Of a stretch of 64,000 nt of DNA, positions 25,512 to 36,800 are shown piece by piece (the stretch's first letter is position 1; the number at the start of each line of letters is the position of its first letter). This DNA comes from Azolla caroliniana (taxonomy: Eukaryota > Plantae > Polypodiophyta). The DNA is taken from NCBI GenBank assembly GCA_043228905.1, contig JBHGNT010000002.1, positions 13,702,001 through 13,766,000 on the forward strand, read 5' to 3'. The position numbers and the translations under genes are program-made. Under the pieces are notes generated by a model, which had not been told where the DNA came from, did not search any database, and saw only the letters and a list, made by a program, of their open reading frames with translations.

Positions 25512-26675
25512 TTGTCGACCATAGAGGCCGAGTACGTAGCCACATTAGAAGAAACCAAGGAAGCAATCTGGATGCACCAACTACCAGCCGGTTTTTCGAC
25601 GACAAGCCAAATCGACCATCCAACACGGATAATTTATTACGACTTAGAGTGTAATACACCTCATTCGGAATCTTGTCTACCATGCGAAGACAAAACACAT
25701 TGAAGTGCGGTACCATCACGTCCAGGAACTTGTAATAGAGAAGAAGCTCAAAGTCCGAAAGATAGGTACTAAGGTGAACATCGTCAATTTCTTGATGAAG
25801 CCACTCTTAGAACAATGCTTTTGGAGCACTGAGGACAACGATGGGACTACAACAAGCGACCAATCAAAAGAGAGATGGACAAACAATCACAGTAGGTAAG
25901 TCAAAGATCGGCCCGGCTAAATGAGCCAAAAAGGCAAAAGTCGAAGTAGTCGGAATGCCGAGAAGTCAAGGATGCAACCAAGTGTGAGGAGGCCGATTGG
26001 AGAGGAGAAGATCGAGGGGCATGTGGAGCTGAGGATCGATCGAGAATCCAACGGGGAGCACAGGAGCAAGCGCGAGCGAGAAGCATACAATCGACCAAAG
26101 GTCAAGAGTCAGAATCAAACACGAGCCGATCAAAATGAACAAGCCGATTCGGACGCAAGACGATCCGAACCAGTCATTCTAACCGACTTAGAAAAATCAA
26201 CCCGAACAACATGCGATCCAGATGACCAACCGAGTCTGACTATTTCCCAACCTTACCATTGTAGATTTGGACAAATGCTGACTACCTTGTATGTATACAA
26301 TTGTAACTATAGATTAAAATTGTAGGCTAGGTTCATGAGAGATGTAACCCCAATTATTTGTATACATATGAAGAGTAGACCTTTTATAGGGGAGTTTGTT
26401 GGCATAAAAGGCCGACTCCTTCCAAATTGTATCCTTAAGTGTGAACACGTCCTCAAGTTAGGGCTTGAGTATATATATGCCCAAATGTAACATTATATAT
26501 ATAGAGAGAGAGTTACATAAGAGAATAACAAGTTTCCATTTGAGCTTCATCTGAGTTCTTTTACTTCTTACTTTCCTTCATATTGTGCACATTCCACTTC
26601 TCTATCTTGTACACGTTGTTTCCTTGACATCATCTTGCAGGTCCTCACATATTCTTCCGCATATCATATTCAGTA

Positions 26676-27522
26676 GTGTTCACGACTAGGTGCCAAGCTA
26701 CATCATGGATGTGAAGTCGCCGAAAGAAGCTTGGGGTAATCTAAAGAAGATCTTCACCACAAGCACCACAACCTGGAAGTTGTAGCTTCAACAAGAGCTC
26801 AACAATGTCTGACGGGGAGGCATGTCAGTCATTAACTACACCAATATCAAAGAGATCTATGATTCGTTGGCATTCATCAACGTTTTGGTAGACGAAGACG
26901 AGATGGTGCATATTTGTCTTGGTGGTCTAACTCAAGGGTATGGACAGATTTGGACAACTATCTACATGATAGAGAATCCATCTCCTTCTTCGAGCTGCAA
27001 TTGATGCTCGTCGTAGAAGGAAACCACGCGGGTGCGTCAACAAGCACACACGCAGACAGTAAGATGTTGTACACGGAGGTGGATCAACCCAGTGGTCGTG
27101 GGGAATGAGGCGGGTCAACACACAACAATGGTGGCTGACATGAGTAGACAAAAGCACAACAAAGGTGTCATGTCGCCAACAATAATAGACCCTCCACGAG
27201 CAGGGGGGGTCAAGGTGGAGTTAGGAGCTCATAAAATAGAAACACCGGTTGTTGGTACTGTAGCCGGAAAGGCCACGTGGAAAGCAAGTGTTGGAAGAAG
27301 AAAGTTAACTTGGACAAAGTTGAATCATGCACAACCGACTCCGAGCATCGACAGAGATTGCACTACGTAGAGGGCTCAAGGTGAGCCGGAACAGGTCCTG
27401 CATTCGTCATGAAGCACAAAGCCAACCAAATGGGAGTGAGCACCTCGAAGTTGAACGAGGTATGGTACGTGGATTCCGGCGTGTCAAATCATATGACGAA
27501 CCATAAGTGATGGTTCTCAACC
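26676..27522 (+). mobile_element. Ty1/copia gag-PR fragment
   Basis: UBN2-like gag remnant, CWYC-type knuckle remnant and EVWYVDSGVSNHMT; same family as 13527-14420. Confidence 0.7.
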
Positions 27523-29330
27523 GTGGAGAAGCATGGAATAACTAATGCATACATAAAAGCACTAGTTGACCAATGTCATTGCCGGTTAATACAAAAAGCA
27601 ACACCAAATGACATGTTGGGAATGGGTGTATGTAAATATGATAAGACTGCAAAACCCACAAAATTGATGGAGGTAGAAGCATGTAAGTTACAAGATACTG
27701 TAGCGGAAGTTCAACTCAAGTATCATGCATGCTTATGGAAATGAAACATGTGACTAGATATGATTATCATCGCGTAGGTGTGCCTTGACAAGTGGTTAGC
27801 CACACTCGAAGGCGGAAGGGTCCTAAGCATTATGGATGTAGTTTTCCTGTGAACATAAGAGTAAATGAAGGGGTTAAACATGGCACCATTAGCATTTTTG
27901 TATATGATTGTCATAGTGGTCATGTCCAAAGAACAAGACTTGGTGTGTATCATTTGCTACCCCATCCTAATGTAATAAGTTGTTACAAATATAACTTATT
28001 TGATGTCGCAAGGTAGTCATTGATCAATCTTGGACATCATATAATGTCATATCTAGTGTTACAACTCAAGACCATAAATGTTGGATTGTTGCAAATGGGG
28101 AATGATCACAAACACGTCGCCATCTTTTATTGTGTCAGTTCCACACTAAAAAATCATGGGTTGACAACTTATTGCCAAAGGAAACCAACTCTATCAACAG
28201 ATTTGCCAACTCATGTAGTGTATTACGGGATTTGCCTTCCATGTTATATGTGAGGAGGTCATACAATAATACTTAGACAAACCTAGAGTTTGGCAATATA
28301 TAGAAGGAGGATGTTGTGGATTGACTTGTGTTTGGAGGAATCTTTGCCCAAGTTTGGTAGATTATTCAACTACAAACATGTTGACACTACCAATCTTGTG
28401 GAGAGACATTGGCAATTTATCAAGTACACTGCCTTGAGAGGAAGAATAAAGCAATCTATTACCAATCTTGTGTATGTCTTAATCAGGCACATTGAAATTG
28501 ACACTTGCATTGGAGGGATCGCGATAGAATGGTACATGCAAAGGCAAGAAACATGTGAGAGTGGTAGATTCGCTCCTCGTGCAAATTGTAAGGATCAAAG
28601 CTCAAGAATTAAAGAGGCCAAGAGGATACTCAAAAGGTATGTGATTGATAACAACACAATGCATATTGTAGATGAGGCCTAATATTGGTTAAAGTATTGC
28701 ACATTCCACTCCTACTCTATGGTACAATGTCTTGCTCCAACGCTCTTACTATGATGGCAAAAACCTTGCGAGTAAATGTAAGCATTTACTTGGAATTCAG
28801 ATGATAATTGAGAGGCATATGCCATCCCTATGTGGGTCATTACCATTTATAGATTATGCCACAATGGATGCAGAACTAGGGTTGACAGCAGAAGCAAAAG
28901 TTGAGATGAATGCAAAAGTTGAAGAAAGGGAATGAAAGAAGTTAGAAGCACATCATACTATAGAAGCACTTCAATTGCTCGGGCGAGGATAATGGGCAAT
29001 GAGTAGGGTTGTTGTTGAGCATTGTTGGCAACAAATGGCAGATCTACGAAAGGATTTGCTATCATCAATGGGTGCACCGATAACAACCAATATGTCATCT
29101 GGAGGTTCAATCAGTTAGAAGCAACAAATTGGTGCAAAAAGAGGAGCCACGCTGAACATCTCCCAAGAACTTATTGGTAGCTCCCCAAACAAGACCAAAA
29201 CACACATTGGAGGACTAGAAAGAGGTGCGCGTCGTGCTAAGAGGTGGTTGCCAATATGTGAGACTAAGAAGGTTCAGTGTTTTGCATTGTGATAGATTGA
29301 CATTGATTTCAAGGGACTTAAATGCTGATT
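27523..29330 (+). pseudogene. Decayed Mutator-like (MULE)/SWIM transposase remnant, tentative
   Basis: TTNLVERHWQFIKYTALRG resembles the MULE TNN.E segment; YNV...CKH resembles a SWIM finger; heavily broken. Confidence 0.4.
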
Positions 29331-30224
29331 GCTTAAAAAATTATGGACGTATTTTGCCATTCTCCCCACAAAACCCATGATCTCTAATTTTTGTTTCGAT
29401 TAAGTGATTTTTTAGATTTTTGGTCTTTGGATTTTTTATATCTAGATAAAATTCCTACAATTTGATCTCTAAATATGTAAGGCTAGAATTTGATCTTTGG
29501 TTATGCCGAATATGTGTGATCTTTATTTAAAGCTTTTCGTGACTAAAATTTTCTGTAAGTTGAAGTTTATAGTATCTTCAAAAAAAGAGATTGGCTTTGA
29601 AATTTAAATGGTAGTAGCTAAATTTGTTGTGTCTTTGAAAAAAGTTAGGTGATTATGGTTGTAGAACATGTGTAACCTTTGAAGCTTTTCGTGACTGAAC
29701 TTTTGTGATATTGTAAGATTCTAGTATCTTCAAATAAATATTTGGTGCTCAAATTTTAATGGTGGTTGAAATTTTCATTGTCTCTAAGATTTTAATTGTG
29801 GATGAAATGTGAGAAGGAATGGTGTCTGGAATGATCCCGACTTTTTGTTTACGTTTGGTGATGTATGACCCAAGTTTTTGGTGAGTATTGGAGTTTTTAT
29901 ATCTACAACTCAGAAATTTTGATCTTTGAATCATTTTTCAAATTTTTATTTATGATCTTACAAAATTTTTGAAATTTTTGATCTCAACAAAAATTTGAGC
30001 TAGCTTATCCGTGAAAGAGGCTGAACAGAGCCAGGTCATTGGTGACATAGTCTGGTCATAGTTGGGTTACTAACATGGCATATGCATTGCACTTTTGGGG
30101 ATAATGATCTGACGATGCAGACCACACGTGCCCTTCGAAATGCGTCCATGACTACGATTCCCTCGCCAAGCCTCCTTATGATTGATTTGGCAGCAGCTAG
30201 TAGTCACGAGTGCGAGCGAGCAAT

Positions 30225-30258
<34 letters not shown>

Positions 30259-30468
30259 CCCTTGAAATAAAAAATAAATGGATGATTATTGGATGCTTAG
30301 TGTGCCTGCCTGCTGCTTGCTGCATTGCATGCAAACAAATCTCTTCTCAAAACAACAACAACAACAACAACAAAAGTAAGTAGTAAGTAAAGAGCCCCCT
30401 AGGAACGAGAACAATCCCCGACACATAGAGCCTAGAGCCTAGAGCCTAGAGGGAGGGGAGGGGAGGGG

Positions 30469-30515
<47 letters not shown>

Positions 30516-30803
30516 TGTGGAGTTGAGTTGAGTTGATAGAGACAGACAGAGAGACAGAGAGAGACAGACAGAGGATGGCATTTCGGACCTTGTATTCCAT
30601 CCTTTTCCTCTCTATTTCCTGTGCCTGCTTCAAGGTCGTCCACTACATGGTCTGTCTGTTCGCTACTTGATCAATCAAAATCGAAATCAAACTCAAACTC
30701 AAACTCAAACTTAAAAATCGATCAGTAAGTATTCTTCTGCGTTTTATCAACTCATTTCCTCCTCCCCTTTATCGTCATCATATATATATATATATATATA
30801 TAT
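30225..30803. repeat. Microsatellite cluster in the APM1 promoter/5' region: (CA)n, (CAA)n, (TAGAGCC)3, (GA)n, (TCAAAC)n, (TA)n
   Basis: Directly visible simple repeats near 30225, 30350, 30427, 30475, 30687 and 30780. Confidence 0.9.
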
Positions 30804-30849
30804 CTTTCTTCATACATCATACATATATCATCGTCATCATACATCAGCC

Positions 30850-33800
30850 ATGTCTTCTCGGCTCGCCGTAACAACGCTTCTCGTTCTTGCTGCTTCCTAT
30901 GTCATTGCTTCCTACCTTCGCAAGCGAGACAATGAAAAATCTTCATTATCCACAAAAGGCAGATCAGCAAACCTTTCTCTCTTCAAAGGATCTCCGAGAT
31001 TGCCGACCTTTGCCTCTCCCAAACATTATGACCTCCACCTCGACCTACCTGACCTTAATGCTTCCAAGTTCGATGGAAAAGTCACCATTTCTCTCAACAT
31101 TCTGGAGGAGACATGCCACTTAGTTCTCAACGTTTTTGATCTCTTGGTGAAAGAGAAAAGCATCTGGCTTCGCTGTAGCAAAACTCGTCAGGTAAGAGTC
31201 ATGTATTCTCCTCGTATCTGTAACTTTTCGTTTTCATTTGGTATTTAGCAGAGGGTTTAGGGCTGGGTAACCAGAGTTAAATATTGTATTGAAACCTTTG
31301 AGAATTATTACTACATTAGAAATGCCCTTCTAATTGGACTGCGGAAGATTGCTTTTCACTCCCTTTCTGTGTATGAATGGAAATACCGAATTTCATGTTG
31401 ACACTTAAATCAATAGGAAATTATGAGGGAATACGACAATTGTATGATTGTATGCAATTATTAGAACGTAGCTGGATATTATAGTCATCACATATTATGA
31501 AAGAAAACCATAACATTATACAGAGTTTCCTTTTCATGCATAAAATAATATGGAAGTACCATAAAGTAAAGTTATTTAGCAAGTGCTGTTTTGAACTGGA
31601 TGCTAGAGATAATCCTCAACGTTTATTCTTTCATGAAAAGATTGTATTTTCTGAGCCCAAAAGTTTCCCTAAACACTGGTTGTCACCTGATGTGATTTCT
31701 GGTTCATGGTTCAGAACCCTTACAATTATTATATGCCCTCTCCAAGAGATTTTGTCAAATGTTCTGTTTCAGATATTGACAATATTTTCATTCACCAAGC
31801 TCTGAAAGAGGGCATCTCTTTGCCTAATATCTATCTGCTCACTTAATTTCATACTCGGTCCTATTGATGAGGTTGCATTGGAATATATATTTTCTCAATT
31901 ATCTATCAAAGTTTGGAGAAGGTCACCGATCTTCTCAACGTGAGTCATGACAACATATGTAGACCCGTTGTGCTAAGACTGTCATAACACAAAGGAGATT
32001 ATGCACATGTTTGACAGCCTAAGTCTTAACATGGAGATAACTAGCAGAAAAGTAGTGATAGATGTAGTTTCACGCATATAATCAGACATGGGAAGAGATT
32101 TCCGTTTATCAGGGAAGCTATGATAGCTTTCCATTTTTGCAGTAGAGATGAAGTATATCCGGAGATAATTCAATTGATATTTTCATAAAATTAAGGTATA
32201 TTTTGGATATTTCATGCTGAATTTTCCTTTTTTATCAAGTTTTTGATGAAATAGATTCATTGCCTGTTGGATCTACTCATGTGGCCATTATGAATTACTG
32301 CTGAAAATTCTTCTATGCAATGAGGGCCTTTAAAATTTGTAAATTCACATGTTTGTCTGGATTCTAGTCTTTCACTGCTGTTTTAAACTATCGTTATCAT
32401 AATAATTTCAGTTTATTCCATTTATAAAGGAAGAAAATTTGAGTTCGTCTTTATTTGAACTTTAAATTGTTTGAGAGTATGGCACAAATTTCTATTTAGA
32501 GACAGATTTCTTAAAAGTGATCCTTTTACTATTTTGGTTTTTGAAGTTTGTATATCTATTCCTTTTTTTTTCACCTCATTCCTTATTTATAGAAAAGAGA
32601 GTGGAAAGAATAAACTTCAGTATCAACAAACTTTTCTATGCAAAATGACTTTTAGAGCTAAATTTAAGGTTATTCTGCATGCCACATTATCTAACAACAT
32701 TTTTGGGTGAACAGGTCTTATGGCCATCCATTGAAATAGATAGGGAAGATGAAATACTGGTTCTTACATTTGATACATGCCTGCCAGTAGGAGAAGCAAT
32801 ACTCTCTCTGGATTTTGAAGGGAAATTGATTGATGGTATGAAGGGTTTATATAGAAGGTAAATGTTTTATATGTAATATAACCTATATGTTGTGAAGTAT
32901 TTATTTTCATATGCCAAGTGATTTTGTCTGCGCCAGTTCTTACATGAAAGGTGGTGAGAAGAGGTATATGGCAGTAACCCAATTTGAGCCAGTCGATGCT
33001 CGTAGATGTTTCCCATGTTGGGATGAACCATCTTTCAAGGTTTACATTTTTTATTTAAGTCTTTTGAACTGTGAACAAACTGTGGAAGATATCAACTTTT
33101 GAACAGATTCAACATTTTTGCTTAAATATTTTCCTCCTGACCGGAACACAGGCTACTTTCAAACTAACAGTCAATGTTCCCAAAGATCGCGTTGCATTGT
33201 CAAACATGCCAGTAGAGTCAGAAAACGTGGTAGGAAACACCAAGCGTGTATCATTTGAGTCGTCTCCAAAAATGTCAACTTATTTGGTAGCACTTGTTGT
33301 GGGGGAACTTGAATATTTAGAGAGTGAGACTTCATCAGGTATGTTCAGGTTGTATGTAGTTTTTTCTTTTATGTTGGGCATTTTTCATGCTATATCTTAA
33401 AATTTCTGTTTTTGTTTCAGGTAACAAAGTGCGTGTTTATTGTGAGAGTGGTAAAACTGAGCAAGGAAAATTTTCTCTGGATATTGCCACCCGAATCCTA
33501 GCGTTCTATGAAGAGTAAGTCTATGAGCTCCCTCCTGGTCTTTAAAACTATCTTGATCCATAATGATTTTATTCTTTTAGAATTTTTTAGACTTTTTAGG
33601 AGTGCTGTATTTTGGAGAACCATTGGATTTGTGACTGGTGTATTTTGTAGGAACTAGTTGGTAGTTGCATCAAAATTAATTAATTATCTTTGTGCTATGA
33701 TTTGATCGCAATTATTATAGTGCATCAAAACTTCGCTCCTTTGGTAACACTTATAGATGTATTGTGAGAGCAAGAGCAACCTCACGAGTTCAATAAATGT

Positions 33801-36800
33801 TACTTGTAAAGGGATAATAGAACAGTGGATAACCCGGTAGTTATTGGCTGTAATCGGCAGTGAGGTATTTGTGGATCGTTACCGTGCATAAATACCCCTG
33901 TATATGTCAAGTGTATAATAAAGATGTATATAATTTATGTGAAATGCACATAAAAGGAAACCAAACCAGCCTAGCTAGCTTCATACTTATCATTCAATAT
34001 ATAGAAGATACAAAGGACCCATTTTGGGACGGCCTAGCTACACGTGTCCCAAAATGGTGTGCTAAAAGGGTGGGCTAAAATGGGTGATGTGCTAAACGAG
34101 AGTGGCTAAAAGAGTGGTGTGTTCAAATGCATGCTCTTGCATGAAAGGGACACCACATTTCCCCCATCAGAAAAACAAGGAGTGTTACGCTATGAGAAAA
34201 GGAGGGGTGCTAGAAGATAGGCTTGGGGTAGCATATGGCTTGATACGGGCAACATGGGCTGAGGTGAATCGACCGTTGGAATCGCGTCGGAGTAAGTAAG
34301 TCGTGGACTTGATGGCACGAATTACGGTGAATGGGCCGATCCACCGGTGCATGAGGGATTCACTGAGACCACGCCGCCGGATCGGGAAGTAAACAAGGAC
34401 TTTGGTTCCATCAGCATACGTCGGGGTGATTCGACCCACGTCGTAGTGTCGCTTTTGACGTTGTTGTGCGACTTGTAGATTTCGGGAGCTGGCTTGTCGA
34501 AGGAGGGGGAGCATTTGTTGGAGATAAAGCCCCCAAGTAGCACTATCCATGTTGGCAGGTTTAGAACAGATGTCAATGGACGTTTCTGGTGGGAGCCGCG
34601 GGTCGCGTCCATAGAGTGCTCGAAAAGGGCTGATCCGTGTCGACGCTTGTACGGATGTATTGTAGGCATGGGTGACAAAAGGCAAGATTTGATCCCAGGT
34701 TTTGTGGCATGGATCGATGTAAGCGGCAATTTCTTGCTTGAGGGTCTTGTTGAGGCGTTCAGTGAGGCCATTTGTTTGAGGATGGTAAGGGGATATAAAC
34801 ACTTGTTGGACACCTAGTTGAGTTGCCACAGCATTGAGGACATCCCCATGGAACTGGCGGCCCTGATCAGATAAGATTTGGATAGGGCAACCATGTTGAA
34901 ATATTACCTTTTGCAAGAGTTGGGTGGCAATTGTTGGCGCAGTGACGTCGGGGATGGCAACAGTTTCAGCCCATCGTGTGAGGTATTCTGTTATGACAAG
35001 GATATACCTGTTGCCCCTAGAGGTTTCGGGAAAAGGTCCCATGAAATCCCATCCTACTAGCTCGAAAGGTGACGTGACGGTGATGGGTTGGAGTGTTCCA
35101 GCTGGCTTGCCCCCAGGTTTGATGTGTTGACACAAAGCGCATTGTTTGATATAGGTAGAGACTGAGTGTCTCATGTTGGGCCAGTAATACTTGAGACGTA
35201 ATTTTTCAAGAACCTTGTGGAAACCCAAGTGGCCCGACAATGGGTGGTCGTGATAAAATTGGAGATACGTTTGTTGTAGGGCATGAGGGATGTAGAGACG
35301 AGGCTCGTGATGCGCTTGAATGAAGAATACCAAGTTATCGCGGAGCATGAACCGTCGTTGTGAGGGAAACGGTTGGAGGGAGCGCAACTGATGGATTATC
35401 TGTTGGATGGCGGGGTCGTGTTGTTGAAGTGTAGCGAGTTGTGGCAATGGTATCGGAAGATTGGATGTCTCAGGGAGAAATTGGACAGCCTGGCAGTCGG
35501 CGCGAGAGAGACTATCAACGACCAAATTGGTTGCACCTTTCCGATAGGAGAGGGTAAACTGATAATCTTGAAGTGCCAGCATCCATCGCAACAAGCGGCC
35601 TGGGGGGTGAGGTCGATGGATAAGAGAAAGCAAGGGCTGGTGGTCGGTCTCAACCGTAACCTGTCCACCATGAAGGTATGGATGAAAACGCTGGAAAGAC
35701 TAGACAATCGCAAGTAGCTCCTTCTCAATGGTTGAGTAGTTGCGTTCAGCCGGCGTGAGAGTCCGACTAATGAAGGCGACCGCCTTCTCTTGCCCATGGC
35801 AATCGGCTTGCAAGAGGACGGCTCCTAACCCCTGGTTTGATGCGTCTGTCTGCAACGTGAACGGTTGGTTAAAGTTAGGATGGGCGAGCAAACCCGATTC
35901 CTTGACCATGGTTTTAAGGCGACGAAAGCTATCTTCACAAGCAAGATCCCAACTGAATGACATGCCTTTCTTCAAGAGTTGGTGAAGGGGAAAAGTGACC
36001 AAGGCAAGGTTTGGGATGAAGCGAAGGGAAAAGGTGATCATGCCCAAAAAACGTTGCAAGGATTTGATTGAAGTGGGGCGAGGGTAGTCGTTGATGGCTG
36101 CTACCTTTGCAGGGTCCATACGGATTCCGTCACCAGAGATGATGAAGCCGAGAAAACGGAGGCTGGTGCTTCCCCATCGACACTTCTTCCATTGAACCTG
36201 CAAGTTATGCTTAGTTATGCAAGCGAGGACTTCGGCGAGAGCTTGTAGATGGTCCTCCCAAGTGGCCGTGTGGATAAGGATGTCATCGAGATAAACGAGG
36301 AGGACACCTTTGTTGATAAGGGCGGCAAAAATGGAGTTGGCCATGCATTGGAATGTGCTGCCAGCATCAGACAAGCCGAACGGCATGCGGGTGAATTGGA
36401 ATAGCCCGCGGCGTGTGCGGAATGCGGTCTTGTGGGCGTTAGAAGGTTTTAGGGGGATTTGCCAATATCCCGAGGCTAAGTCCAGGGAGGTGAAATAACG
36501 GGAGCCACCGATTTGATCCAAGAGGTCGTCCACGCGAGGGAGCGGGTAGAGGTCATGGATAGTCACTTTGTTAAGAGGCCTGAAGTCGATGCAAAAGCGG
36601 AAGGTGCCATCATCCTTCTTGACGAGGTGGGGTTCCGAAACCCAATCGCTGGTGGAAGGAACGATAATACCTTTGGTGAGCATGTTGGTGACGGCCGCAT
36701 CAATGTGATCGTGGTCGAGAGGGGAACGTCGGCGGGTAGCCATGCGGATCGGAGTGGCCTCCCCAGTACGAATGGCATGTTGTACCGGGAAAGAGACAGT

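Larger units (their letters stand above)
17160..26675 (+). mobile_element. Degraded Ty1/copia host element(s) (PR, INT, RT, RH fragments; PPT; 3' LTR 26397-26675), split by the 19554-25511 insertion
   Basis: Copia INT and RT/RH motifs; the RNase H frame ALS|TIEAEYVA rejoins across the insertion; the LTR matches 44716-44982. Confidence 0.75.
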
